Of a DNA stretch of 64,000 nucleotides, positions 15,609 through 26,190 are shown one piece after another. The number at the start of each line of letters is the position of its first letter. The stretch's first letter is position 1. The DNA is from a virus, in the IMG/VR virus record IMGVR_UViG_3300042307_001176, positions 90,412 to 154,411 of that record, one strand, 5' to 3'. Made by a program: the position numbers and the translations under genes. A model generated the notes under the pieces. That model was given only the letters and a program-made list of their open reading frames with translations, was not told where the DNA came from and did not search any database.

Positions 15609-16772
15609 ATGGCAAAGAAAGAATTTTCGTTCGCGGAATTAGACAAATCACTTTCAAAAATTGAAGGATTTGAAATGGGATCAATTTTAGAAACTAATGA
15701 GTTTTCTAAAACAACAGAATGGATCTCAACAGGTAATTATCTTTTAAATGCTCAACTTTCAGGAAGTTTATTTGGAGGAATAGCAAATAACAGATCAATA
15801 GGAATTGCGGGTGATCCTTCTACAGGTAAGACTTTTCTGGCAATGAATATTACAAGAGAAGCTCAGAAGCAAGATTATGATGTTATTTATTGTGACACAG
15901 AAGGTGCTATAGATAAAAGCTCAGCCAAAAAATTCGGAGTTGATCCAACAAGAGTTAGATACCAGCCTATTAAAACTATTAATGACTTTAAAATATTCAC
16001 AACAAATATTTTAGAAAAAGTTAAGAATGCAAGAAAAGAAGGGGCAGAACCTAAAATCATGATCATTTTAGATTCTCTTGGTATGCTTAGTACAGATAAA
16101 GAAACAGGTGATGCTATTAAGGGTAAGAGCGCAATGGATATGGGATTAAGATCTAAAGAAATGAGATCACTATTCCGTGTTATAACATTAGACTTAACAG
16201 GTGTTAGAATTCCATTGGTTTGTACTAATCACACAACAACAGGAGGAATAGGCGGATTTATGCCAACGAAAGAAGCATCAGGAGGTGATGGACCAATTTT
16301 CTCAATGAGTAATGTTATTATGCTTTCTAAAGCACAATTAAAAGAGAATGACACAAAAACCGGAATTATTGTAACATCTACACCTAAGAAAGCAAGATTC
16401 ACCAGACCTTATCCAGTTAAATTCCATATCTCATTTATGAATGGTATGAATCCTTATGTGGGATTACAAGATTTTACTTCCTGGGAAATTTGCGGAATTG
16501 AAAGAGGTAAATTAGAGGTTGATAAAAAAACAGGAGACATGGAATTTACCGCTAATGCTACTTCTACAAGATGGGCAATTAAACATTTAGGCAAGACCGT
16601 TACTTCTTCTCAATTATTTAATGGAGAAATATTCACTGATGAAGTATTAAGTATGATCGATGAGAAAGTAATTAAACCTCATTTCTTATTACCCGATCTT
16701 TTTGACGATGAAGAATTAGCAATACTAGCTGAACCTGAAGCAGACACTGAAGAGGAAGATGGAGAAGAATAA
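15609..16772 (+). CDS. uvsX: RecA-like recombinase UvsX
   Basis: ISTGNYLLNAQLSG, Walker A GDPSTGKT, DTEGA, LDSLGML. Confidence 0.92.
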   Translation: MAKKEFSFAELDKSLSKIEGFEMGSILETNEFSKTTEWISTGNYLLNAQLSGSLFGGIANNRSIGIAGDPSTGKTFLAMNITREAQKQDYDVIYCDTEGAIDKSSAKKFGVDPTRVRYQPIKTINDFKIFTTNILEKVKNARKEGAEPKIMIILDSLGMLSTDKETGDAIKGKSAMDMGLRSKEMRSLFRVITLDLTGVRIPLVCTNHTTTGGIGGFMPTKEASGGDGPIFSMSNVIMLSKAQLKENDTKTGIIVTSTPKKARFTRPYPVKFHISFMNGMNPYVGLQDFTSWEICGIERGKLEVDKKTGDMEFTANATSTRWAIKHLGKTVTSSQLFNGEIFTDEVLSMIDEKVIKPHFLLPDLFDDEELAILAEPEADTEEEDGEE

Positions 16773-17052
16773 ACTTAAAATGAAATATCTGCTAGGTATC
16801 TGGAAAGATCTTCCCGAATATCCAACAAAAGAAGATGTTATTTATGAGCTTAACTCATATTTAATTAAGGATGGAAGACCTGATGGAGAGTTTTCAGACC
16901 AGACTTTTAATTCTTTTCTTCCTGAAGGATGGGAAGAAAATAAATTTGCAGAAGCAGTTAATGAACTTATAGAGACAGACATTTTTGAAAAAACTGAAAA
17001 AACATTAGGAAATAAAAATTGGTATAAAATAAAGGATAATCCACACTATTAA
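16759..17052 (+). CDS. Hypothetical protein
   Basis: ORF coupled between uvsX and helicase. Confidence 0.7.
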   Translation: MEKNKLKMKYLLGIWKDLPEYPTKEDVIYELNSYLIKDGRPDGEFSDQTFNSFLPEGWEENKFAEAVNELIETDIFEKTEKTLGNKNWYKIKDNPHY

Positions 17053-17054
17053 AA

Positions 17055-18356
17055 ATGCAAAATCAACACTTAGAAAATATTTGGTTTAAAGCGGTAATTG
17101 ACAATCCAGCTTATATTGAAGCAACAGAATCTAGTTACTTCAAAAATGCAGATTTCCAAGAAGCTTTTAAAGTCGTAAAATCATTTTGGAAAAAATATCA
17201 ACAGGTCCCTAGCAAAAATCAAGTCAGAGAATCTGCAAAACTTTTGAAATTAGAAGATAAACTCACAGATTCTTTACTTGAATCTATGTGGTCAATATCT
17301 CTTAATGATTACGATACTGATTGGTTACAACAGAATACCGAATCTTGGATTGAATGGAAGACATTAGAAAAAAGTGCGGTAGATTCAATAAATTATATCA
17401 AAAGTACTGATGTAACTCCAGATAATATTAAGGATGTGATTAACACTTACAAATCGATAGTTGTTGATCGTAATAAAGTGGATTTCTCATTTGATATGGG
17501 GCTTAACTTTAAAGATCCAGAAGCTCACAAGCAGCCAAGCAGCTTAACATTCTCTAGTGGATATGATTACATAGATCATTGCCTTGGTGGAGGATTTTCA
17601 GCTAAATGTCTATATGTTTTATTAGGACAGCCTAAAGTTGGAAAAACTCTTTGGCTTGGTAATATAGCAACACAAGCTATTAGAGCAGCAAATAATGTCG
17701 CTATTGTTACATTAGAATTAGGAGACAGAAAATACATGAAAAGATTAGGATCTAATCTTTTGGGAATCAAGATGTCAGAATATAAAGACTCAGCGGAGAA
17801 TGACTCACAAATTAAAAAGAAAATAACAAATCTTGGATTTGATAATTTAAGAACCCCCGGTGAATTAGTAGTGAAAGAATTTGCCACATCTCAAGCATCT
17901 GCAATAGACGTAGAAAATTGGTTAACTAAGGTTGAACAAGTAATGGGAATTAAATTCAAAATCGTTATTATTGACTATATTAATATTATGAAGAACTGGA
18001 GAAATCCAAATTCAGAAAATACATATATGAAAATTAAACAGATTGCAGAAGATCTTAGAGCTGCAGCACAAAGAAATGATTGGGCAATAGTGACAGCAAC
18101 TCAGACAAAACAAAGTGAATTTGATGCTACGGATCTCAGTATGAATTCAGCATCCGAATCATCAGGACTGGTAGCAACAGTTGATGGTATGTTTGGTATT
18201 ATTCAAGATCCTATGATGCTTACTAACAACGAATACAAGCTAAAATTGCTTGCAAATAGGGACGAAGGCTATAAAAACTCTTACAAAAAGTTTATAGTTG
18301 ATTACACCTTCATGAGAATATCTGAAGATCCCAACTCTCAAATAATAAATGATTGA
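17055..18356 (+). CDS. DnaB-like replicative helicase (T4 gp41-like)
   Basis: GQPKVGKT, TLEL, IIDYINIM, AEDLRA, TATQT. Confidence 0.92.
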   Translation: MQNQHLENIWFKAVIDNPAYIEATESSYFKNADFQEAFKVVKSFWKKYQQVPSKNQVRESAKLLKLEDKLTDSLLESMWSISLNDYDTDWLQQNTESWIEWKTLEKSAVDSINYIKSTDVTPDNIKDVINTYKSIVVDRNKVDFSFDMGLNFKDPEAHKQPSSLTFSSGYDYIDHCLGGGFSAKCLYVLLGQPKVGKTLWLGNIATQAIRAANNVAIVTLELGDRKYMKRLGSNLLGIKMSEYKDSAENDSQIKKKITNLGFDNLRTPGELVVKEFATSQASAIDVENWLTKVEQVMGIKFKIVIIDYINIMKNWRNPNSENTYMKIKQIAEDLRAAAQRNDWAIVTATQTKQSEFDATDLSMNSASESSGLVATVDGMFGIIQDPMMLTNNEYKLKLLANRDEGYKNSYKKFIVDYTFMRISEDPNSQIIND

Positions 18357-18832
18357 TGAAAAAACAGCAAAAACTGATCGAAGATGAAAAAACCGACCTT
18401 GACATAAATCAAGAACTAGCAGAAAAAAAGAACGAAAAAGATACTGTTGATGAAGAGTTTGAAATGGATTCAAGTACAGATTATAGAAGCTTACAGTCTA
18501 TAGTAACTTATGAAGATGAAGACTATATTCATTCGTGTAATTTAAATGATAAAATAGACGAGATCTTTCAAGTATCTAGATGGACTATCATAAGTCCAAG
18601 TAAAAAAATACCAAAGGATCTTATCCCTTTAATATTTCAAGACATATTAAAAGAATTGGAAGAGACAGAATTTACAATGGTAGAGAAATTTGTTGCTATT
18701 TGTGATTATACAGCAATAAATTATCAAAAAGCTTATGAATCTATTCATATGAAGTATAAAGAAATTATAGTTCAAGAGATGGATCAAAAATATGGTATTT
18801 TAAGTAAAAAAGGAATTAAAAAGATATTTTAA
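18356..18832 (+). CDS. Hypothetical protein
   Basis: ORF upstream of gp47; ATG at 18356. Confidence 0.7.
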   Translation: MKKQQKLIEDEKTDLDINQELAEKKNEKDTVDEEFEMDSSTDYRSLQSIVTYEDEDYIHSCNLNDKIDEIFQVSRWTIISPSKKIPKDLIPLIFQDILKELEETEFTMVEKFVAICDYTAINYQKAYESIHMKYKEIIVQEMDQKYGILSKKGIKKIF

Positions 18833-19944
18833 TGGAAAAATTCTCAGATATTAAGAGAGTAATTTTTATTACAGATACTCATTTAGGTGTAAGGAACAAT
18901 TCTAATGATTGGATAGACATTCATGATGATTATTTTAAAAATTGGTTCATTCCCCTTTGTAAAAAAATATACAGACCAGGAGATTGTTTAGTGCATCTTG
19001 GTGATGTTTATGATAGTAGACAATCACTTAATCTTCGGGTTCTTAATCTTGGTATAGAAATATTTGAAGATCTTTCGCAAATTTTTAAAGATGGTATTTT
19101 TATAATATGTGGTAATCACGATATTTACGGAAAAAATACAAATGAAGTAAACTCTTTAAAATCTCTTAAATGGATACCAGGAATAAAAATATACGAAGAA
19201 CCTGAATCTATACAACTAGGTAACAGAAAGATTTTTCTTATGCCTTGGAGAAAAGATCATGATGCGGAGAGAGAAACATTAATGACAGTAAAAGAACCAC
19301 ATGATTATATGTTCTGTCATACAGATCTTAAAGGTCTAATGTTTAATAAGTTTGTGAGAATTGATGCAGGATTAGATTATGCAGATATGGATAAATTTGA
19401 AAGAGTTTATTCTGGACATATACATTATTCACAGACATTTGGAAAAATGAGAATGCTAGGATCTCCTTTTCAGTTAACAAGATCCGATACTGATAATGCA
19501 AAAGGGATAACCATACTAGATTTAGAATCTGGAGATGAGGAGTATTACGAAAACAATTACTCCCCTAAATTTGTTAGAATCACTTTTGATAAAGTTTTAA
19601 ATTCAACGCCTAATGAATTAAATCCTATATTCAAAAATAATTTTATAGACATATTAGTTGATCCAGAATTAGCAGTAAAAGCTCCTCTCGGATTATTAAC
19701 AGAATATGTAGTTCCCCCATTAAAAATATCATTCACACCTATAACTAATCCCGGAGAGGAATTAGTAGATGAAGGATTTCACGATCTAGAAGGAAAAAGC
19801 TTTTCTATTTTAGATCTAACTAAATTATACTTAGATAAGTGTAACTATGAAGATGATAAGAAAAGTAAGATCTATAAAGCGATAGAAAAATTATTACACA
19901 AAGTTTCAGTACAAGTTAAAGAAGATGAAGATCAAGAAGATTGA
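18832..19944 (+). CDS. Recombination nuclease subunit (gp47/SbcD/Mre11-like)
   Basis: DTHLG, GDVYD, GNHD, SGHIH. Confidence 0.92.
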   Translation: MEKFSDIKRVIFITDTHLGVRNNSNDWIDIHDDYFKNWFIPLCKKIYRPGDCLVHLGDVYDSRQSLNLRVLNLGIEIFEDLSQIFKDGIFIICGNHDIYGKNTNEVNSLKSLKWIPGIKIYEEPESIQLGNRKIFLMPWRKDHDAERETLMTVKEPHDYMFCHTDLKGLMFNKFVRIDAGLDYADMDKFERVYSGHIHYSQTFGKMRMLGSPFQLTRSDTDNAKGITILDLESGDEEYYENNYSPKFVRITFDKVLNSTPNELNPIFKNNFIDILVDPELAVKAPLGLLTEYVVPPLKISFTPITNPGEELVDEGFHDLEGKSFSILDLTKLYLDKCNYEDDKKSKIYKAIEKLLHKVSVQVKEDEDQED

Positions 19945-21592
19945 ATGGAGAAATGTTGCTTCATACGGTAACAAAATCCAAAAATTAGAATTACCAGATA
20001 AATCTGGTCTAATCCAAGTAGTTGGTGAAAATGGTGTAGGTAAGTCCACAATATCCGATGTTATTACATTCGGGCTATATGGAAAGCTTGAAGGAAAGAA
20101 ACTTAAAGATATACCAAATAGATCTAATAAATGTGCTTGGATGAAGATAGAATTCGAGCAGGATGGAAAAATTTATGAAGTAGAGAGAGGATTAGAGCCT
20201 TCACTTTTTCAATTAACTATAGATGGTAATATTTACGATCAAGCTGGTAAAAATAATGTGCAAGATTTTTTAAGCGATGACATATTAAAAATACCTTATT
20301 ATGTTTTTAATAATACAATTTCGTTATCAATAAATGATTTCAAAAGCTTCCTTAAAATGAGCACAACAGATAAGAAATTGATTATTGATAAGATATTCGG
20401 ATTCTATATTCTCAATGAGATGAGAGACATTTTAAAAGAAGAATCAAAGACTATAAAATCATCAATTGATAGATTATCCGGTGAAATATTTGCTACTGGA
20501 AGATCTATAGCAGCATCACAAAAAGAACTAGAGGATTTACAACAAAAAATACTAGAAAATTCAGGGTCAGAAATAGAAAGTAATAAAGAGCAATTAGAAA
20601 ACTACAAAGAACTTTTAAAACTACACGGAGATAAACTAAAAGATTTTAGGTCTAAAGAAAATGAAGCAACTAGGAACGTAACAAAATCATACGAATTGTA
20701 TAGTGATCTTTCTTCTAAAATCAAAAATATAGATTCTAAAATGAATTTATATAATAATGAAAAATGCCCGACTTGCTCATCCGATTTATCTACAGAATTT
20801 CATAAAAATTTATTCGACGATCTTTCTGATACGAAGATTAAATTAACAGAAGATCTAGCTGATTTAAAAAAGAATTATGAGGATGCTAAGAAGGTTCAAA
20901 GTAATATTGCTACGATTAAGAATGACCTATTTACAAAAGGTGGTAAAATCGAAAGTGCAATTAGAACATTACAAGATAAAATTAAAACTCTCAAGACTTC
21001 AAAAAATAACGACCAGGTTAATTCGGTAAGGAAACTTTTAAATGGAGCTAATGAAGATCTTTCCGATTTTAGTCAAGAAAAGACTGTTTGGGAAGAAAGA
21101 CAGATTTGGATTAAGACTTTAGATGAAGTGCTTAGTGAGAAAGGGGTTAAACAATTAGCTATTAAGTCCATATTACCGTCTCTAAACAACGAAATACTAA
21201 ATACCTTATTATCCCTTCACTTACCTTACAAAGTCGTTTTTAACGAAGAATTTAATGCCCAGATATTCCACTTGGGAGAAGAGATATCAACACAGACATT
21301 ATCCACAGGAGAAATGAAGAAAGTGGATTTTGCAGTTCTTGTTGCTATAATAAAGCTAATGAAAATAAGATTCTCTTCAGTTAACATACTTTTCCTTGAT
21401 GAAATATTTAGTTCAGTAGATCCTGATGGAGTTCATAGTATATTAAACACATTAAGAAAATTAACGGACGATCTAAGCATGAGCATTTTTGTAATAAATC
21501 ATGCTCCAATGCCAACAGAAATATTTGATTATAAGATAGAAATATCAAAAAAGAATAATTTCTCAGATATTGCTTTCGATAAAATGGTGTAG
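19925..21592 (+). CDS. Recombination ATPase (gp46/SbcC/Rad50-like)
   Basis: GENGVGKS, CPTC zinc hook, LSTGE, LFLDE. Confidence 0.93.
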   Translation: MKIKKIEWRNVASYGNKIQKLELPDKSGLIQVVGENGVGKSTISDVITFGLYGKLEGKKLKDIPNRSNKCAWMKIEFEQDGKIYEVERGLEPSLFQLTIDGNIYDQAGKNNVQDFLSDDILKIPYYVFNNTISLSINDFKSFLKMSTTDKKLIIDKIFGFYILNEMRDILKEESKTIKSSIDRLSGEIFATGRSIAASQKELEDLQQKILENSGSEIESNKEQLENYKELLKLHGDKLKDFRSKENEATRNVTKSYELYSDLSSKIKNIDSKMNLYNNEKCPTCSSDLSTEFHKNLFDDLSDTKIKLTEDLADLKKNYEDAKKVQSNIATIKNDLFTKGGKIESAIRTLQDKIKTLKTSKNNDQVNSVRKLLNGANEDLSDFSQEKTVWEERQIWIKTLDEVLSEKGVKQLAIKSILPSLNNEILNTLLSLHLPYKVVFNEEFNAQIFHLGEEISTQTLSTGEMKKVDFAVLVAIIKLMKIRFSSVNILFLDEIFSSVDPDGVHSILNTLRKLTDDLSMSIFVINHAPMPTEIFDYKIEISKKNNFSDIAFDKMV

Positions 21593-21604
21593 GATATATA
21601 AATC

Positions 21605-22024
21605 ATGGCAGATACATTTCCAGCAGGCACAGAATCTATAAGAAATTTAACACCCAAATTTAATTATTTTTTAGTAGTTAAAGAAGATTCTATTGCAGAC
21701 GATATTCCACAAAAAGAATATTTTGTTTATAGATTTAAAGTGGCACTTAGTGCTAGCGATGGAATTAGTGAATTAAAAAAATACTTTAAATTCATTCTAA
21801 ATTCCCAGGTTTTTGTTTGTAACGAACTTAGCGATGTTGAATATGCTACTGGAATTTTTTATCATCCATACTACAAGAATAGTAAAAAAGAACCTTTATC
21901 TTTCAGATTAAAAGAAATCCCTATTTATATGCAATCTGAAATAAGAGTTATTGATTTTAATAAGGATCTATACCAATACGGGAGTAAACCTATAATAAAG
22001 GATAATACATCTGTTATAATATAA
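21605..22024 (+). CDS. Hypothetical protein
   Basis: ORF after GATATATA (21593). Confidence 0.65.
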   Translation: MADTFPAGTESIRNLTPKFNYFLVVKEDSIADDIPQKEYFVYRFKVALSASDGISELKKYFKFILNSQVFVCNELSDVEYATGIFYHPYYKNSKKEPLSFRLKEIPIYMQSEIRVIDFNKDLYQYGSKPIIKDNTSVII

Positions 22025-22033
22025 TAATAAAAT

Positions 22034-22870
22034 ATGAATTTTTTAGAAAAATATAACACCGACGACGTATTCTTTAGAGGTATAATACTAGGTCTATTAA
22101 CTGAGTTAAATCAAATAATAACTTATGAACAAACTGATAATAACCAAGTAACCACTAAAATTTACATACCATTCTTTTATTCTATGGTAGGGGATGAACC
22201 ATTCCTACAAGACTTCTATCTTTCTTATGAAGACTGCAATGGTAAGCCAGCATTTGCTGAAGGAAATTATGATGTTATACCAAGAGGAATTATCGAAATA
22301 GGATCAACAAGAATTGACTCAGGATCGGCAACTACTAAATTTGTTAGAGGTTCTTATGTTAAGGAAGTCGAAAAAGAAGAGGGAAGTGAAATGGTTACTT
22401 TTTCTTCTTATTTTAATCCAATTCCATTAAGTATACAAATTACTGCAAAAATAAAAGTTGATACCACTCTTGATGCTTTTAAAGTCCAACAAAGTGTTCT
22501 TGAAATTCTTTATAAAAGGTTTATATACTATTTTTACTATAAAGGATTCAGAATACCAGTACAAGCGGTTCTCCCAGATGCACCACCAGATAAGCAGCCT
22601 AATAATTTCCAAATGTCTTATGGATCTCAAAGAGGAGAAGCAATAACCCTTTCTTTCTCTATGGAGCTAGAAACATATCTTCCTGATTTGGATTTAACTA
22701 CTGAAAGATTCAGAGGTAATTTAATGCAAGGAGGAATAAAATTAAATGCTGAATTTGGTACAGCTCCTGCAGATAATAGCCAAATAATATCAGGATTAGG
22801 AGTTTATGCTATTAATAGCGACATAAAAGGGGAAACGGGTGCAACAGGATCTGGTCCAGCTAATCCTTAA
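22034..22870 (+). CDS. Tail terminator/sheath stabiliser (gp15-like)
   Basis: Size, IPFFY, IPRG, PIPLSI..DAFKVQQ pattern; adjacent to neck gene. Confidence 0.55.
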   Translation: MNFLEKYNTDDVFFRGIILGLLTELNQIITYEQTDNNQVTTKIYIPFFYSMVGDEPFLQDFYLSYEDCNGKPAFAEGNYDVIPRGIIEIGSTRIDSGSATTKFVRGSYVKEVEKEEGSEMVTFSSYFNPIPLSIQITAKIKVDTTLDAFKVQQSVLEILYKRFIYYFYYKGFRIPVQAVLPDAPPDKQPNNFQMSYGSQRGEAITLSFSMELETYLPDLDLTTERFRGNLMQGGIKLNAEFGTAPADNSQIISGLGVYAINSDIKGETGATGSGPANP

Positions 22871-23178
22871 GAATTTAAAGGCTGATCATCTTTTACTTCT
22901 TCTTCTTCTTTTACTTCTTCTAGATCAGTAACTCCAGAATCTTTAGATTTTCTATAACCTAAAAGAGTTGCACCTATTGATATAAGAATAATAGATTGAG
23001 TTAGTATATCTGCACTTTTATCTAAAAACATTTTATCGATACAGCCAAGTAAGAAACAAATACCCCCAATAAAAACTATATATAGACCCGATGTGCCACT
23101 CCCAGAAGTTTTTCCATCTGAGTTAGAAGTAAGTTGCGCGAAGCTAAACCTCTCCATAGTTGCTCTGAATTTTTTCAT
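22867..23178 (-). CDS. Small two-TM membrane protein (holin-like candidate)
   Basis: Two hydrophobic stretches and acidic tail; start likely MKKF at 23178. Confidence 0.6.
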   Translation of the reverse strand: MKKFRATMERFSFAQLTSNSDGKTSGSGTSGLYIVFIGGICFLLGCIDKMFLDKSADILTQSIILISIGATLLGYRKSKDSGVTDLEEVKEEEEVKDDQPLNS

Positions 23179-23216
23179 ATTGTTTTTTCTGATATATATT
23201 ACAAACAGTAGCCAAA

Positions 23217-25406
23217 ATGGCAGAGACACTAATAGATTTTACTTCAATAGGAAATTACAGAATAATTTCTTGGAGCCAGCCATGGAAAAATGTTCAATCA
23301 TTTAATGGGTGGATAATTGATACAACAGGAGAAGATCCTCCACACATTTTTTTATATCTAGAATATAGATGGAGTATTAACGGGTCTAATTGGTCTTTAT
23401 GGAGTCAATTGACAGAAGCATCAGTTCAGGCATTATCTATATCACCCGATAATCCATTATGGTTAGAGGCGAGAATGACTGCTACGTCGGATGAAAATTC
23501 TAGTCCTTATTACCCGCCAGGAACACCTTTAAGCCCACCAATAGAATTATTAGACTTCGAATTTGATTTGACATATGTAACAGTAGATCCTAGAGATTTA
23601 ATGGGAAATCCGCCTGCACCTATGTGTAGTAAAGAATTAACAAATTATCCCATAGTATTTTCAGATTGTAATTATACATTTAGACCATATGATATCAATA
23701 GGGCTATAAATCTATATCAGGATTTAAGCAAGATCGTAAATAATGTTTTTGGACACGAGGTTGTTTATTATTCAGTACAGCCACAAGGTAGAGGTAAAGA
23801 TGTTGTATTAAAAGAGTATACATTATTTGATGTAGTAGAAGAAAAATGTGTGAAGGTAATGGTACCCAATAATACATTCCCTGATGCAGCTTTAACTTTC
23901 GATACCTACGGATTAAACTTTAATCAACCATTTGAAATCCATATTGATAGAAAATATTTTGAAAGCATATTTGGAAAAGCATCACAGCCAAGAAAAAGAG
24001 ATATCATTTTCTTTCCCTTAACTAATAGAATTTATCAAATAGATTCAATGTATGTGTTTAGGGATATAAATAATTATCCTGTATATTTTAAGATTCAGTT
24101 AGTTAAATATGAGATTAAGAAAAACACATCTTTTGTCAATCCTGCTGCAGAAACTGAATTATTAGATTACACGGTAAACACCCAAAAATTATTTGGAGAG
24201 GAAATAGAAAACCAAGAGATTGAATTAACCAAACCCCAACAATATGCAGTGACGTCGCAAAGAAGATTGGAAGATCCTATAAGATCATATATTAGCAAAG
24301 AACTTCCTATAATAGAATATGATCTAAATAATAACTGGACGATAGTTTTTAATAATTATTATGATTTAGATAAATTATTTATTGACTCACAAAATGCAGT
24401 AGATCCTGCATCTCCTGCATTATTAGATTTTGAAAGAGATGCTGTTAGATGGAAATCTGATCCAGTTTTAACAGCTACAGACGAAAGATCATTTATGTGC
24501 TGGTTTAGAACAAGAAATTTCTTAGATAGAAGTAGATTAGTTCCTAAGCCCGCTCCTAAATTGTCAATAACTATTGATACAATAGGAACAAATGAAATAA
24601 CTTACACAACTTATCCAATACCACATAAATTAAGTCTTGGAGAAAATCCTAATGGATTTATATCAATACTCGGGGATGGAATAAGATCTGGCGGATTTGA
24701 AATACTAGAAATAGTCGATCAATTCAGATTTAAAATAAAAGATGATGGAGCAGCAGCACCAGGTACTACTGCAGGATGGAAAGCTCAAAAAGCTCAAACA
24801 AGAATTCTATTCGATGGATATTACGGGGGACAAGGATTACGTATAGATTTCATATGGAGCGGATCAAATGCAGTCGCTAGTCCAACAGATAATAATTATA
24901 TAGAAACAGGAAGTTTTAGAATAAAGATAAATAACTTAGAAGTATACTCTCCGTTTGGGGCTGGAATAGCTAGTACCATAGGACAATTTATACCTTCTGT
25001 AGATGATTGGTACGGATTTGTTTTTAATTTTTCTAACATATTCAGACAATATTCACTAAAGGTTTGGCAATTGACTTATGATCCTGATAATCCGCTAGCT
25101 CAAACTTCGGATTTGAGTCTAATACATTCAACGGATGGAGTTACTTCACAGGCTTATACTTTTAATATTACGCCTGTAATTGATAATAATTATGATAGTC
25201 CATTTTACGGAACTAATAATTATTCATATAAAACTAGTTCTTGTCCACTTTGGGCAACTAACTATAGATTTTTTAAACATATGGTAGAAGAGGAAAAACA
25301 GTCAACAATGCTAAATCAGAATATAATAGGAGATGCGCATCTTGCTATTATAATAGATAATGCTAAACCTATATTAAAACTTCCTAAGGTCGCCAGAAAC
25401 AGATAA
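23217..25406 (+). CDS. Neck protein (gp14-like domain) with large extensions
   Basis: FGHEVVYY...DVVLKEY...F..IFG...PRKRDIIFFPLTNRIYQI. Confidence 0.6.
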   Translation: MAETLIDFTSIGNYRIISWSQPWKNVQSFNGWIIDTTGEDPPHIFLYLEYRWSINGSNWSLWSQLTEASVQALSISPDNPLWLEARMTATSDENSSPYYPPGTPLSPPIELLDFEFDLTYVTVDPRDLMGNPPAPMCSKELTNYPIVFSDCNYTFRPYDINRAINLYQDLSKIVNNVFGHEVVYYSVQPQGRGKDVVLKEYTLFDVVEEKCVKVMVPNNTFPDAALTFDTYGLNFNQPFEIHIDRKYFESIFGKASQPRKRDIIFFPLTNRIYQIDSMYVFRDINNYPVYFKIQLVKYEIKKNTSFVNPAAETELLDYTVNTQKLFGEEIENQEIELTKPQQYAVTSQRRLEDPIRSYISKELPIIEYDLNNNWTIVFNNYYDLDKLFIDSQNAVDPASPALLDFERDAVRWKSDPVLTATDERSFMCWFRTRNFLDRSRLVPKPAPKLSITIDTIGTNEITYTTYPIPHKLSLGENPNGFISILGDGIRSGGFEILEIVDQFRFKIKDDGAAAPGTTAGWKAQKAQTRILFDGYYGGQGLRIDFIWSGSNAVASPTDNNYIETGSFRIKINNLEVYSPFGAGIASTIGQFIPSVDDWYGFVFNFSNIFRQYSLKVWQLTYDPDNPLAQTSDLSLIHSTDGVTSQAYTFNITPVIDNNYDSPFYGTNNYSYKTSSCPLWATNYRFFKHMVEEEKQSTMLNQNIIGDAHLAIIIDNAKPILKLPKVARNR

Positions 25407-25409
25407 TTT

Positions 25410-26180
25410 ATGCCAAGAAGAAAACCAAAAATACCGAATCTTTCAAAAGAGGCAGAGCTTAATCTTAAAGATAAGCTTGATGGAATTGTTTTAGCAGATG
25501 AAATGCTAGCAGGACTAAGTACACCGGATATCCCGGCAATGAAGCCTCAGAGATTCATAAATGTAGATTCAGTAAAGAATGAGGTAGAAACAGAAGCTAG
25601 AGCTATACTAGATTCATTATCTAGATTCTATGCCGATTTAGAAGATATTCCAGAAGACAGTTATTTAAAACACAAACAGAAAATAGATGCTCTTAATATA
25701 TCAACTATGGCATTTCAGATAAGAACTGCACAGCATGCTATATCGAAGCTTGTAGAAGAAATAGATTCAGGAAGAATGGAGCCTAGGCTTTTTGAGGTTC
25801 TAGCACAGCTTCAAAATCAGATCATGCAAATGCCTAAAAATTTCTCTAACTACATGTCACAAATGGAGAAAAATTACAAACAGCTTAAAAATGAATCAGA
25901 AGAGATTAAAAGAGGCGGTAATATCCAATTAGATGAACACGGAAATGTTATACAAACTGACGAAAATATGGATCTTTTAAAAGTAAGAGGTACTAAAAGT
26001 TTAATGGAAAATTTACAATCTGTAATAAAATCTGGTAATCTTGTTAAAGACGCAGAAATAGTACCGCCTAACGATGATCTAATAAATCCACGAACAAAAT
26101 TCGGAACAGGATCAGGCGATTTATCTTTAGGCGGAGATGATGATATTGACTTTGTAATAGAAGATGATATTTTCGAATAA
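25410..26180 (+). CDS. Terminase small subunit (gp16-like)
   Basis: PRLFEVLAQL resembles T4-like PRAYEV motif; directly upstream of TerL. Confidence 0.6.
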   Translation: MPRRKPKIPNLSKEAELNLKDKLDGIVLADEMLAGLSTPDIPAMKPQRFINVDSVKNEVETEARAILDSLSRFYADLEDIPEDSYLKHKQKIDALNISTMAFQIRTAQHAISKLVEEIDSGRMEPRLFEVLAQLQNQIMQMPKNFSNYMSQMEKNYKQLKNESEEIKRGGNIQLDEHGNVIQTDENMDLLKVRGTKSLMENLQSVIKSGNLVKDAEIVPPNDDLINPRTKFGTGSGDLSLGGDDDIDFVIEDDIFE

Positions 26181-26190
26181 TTAATTTATT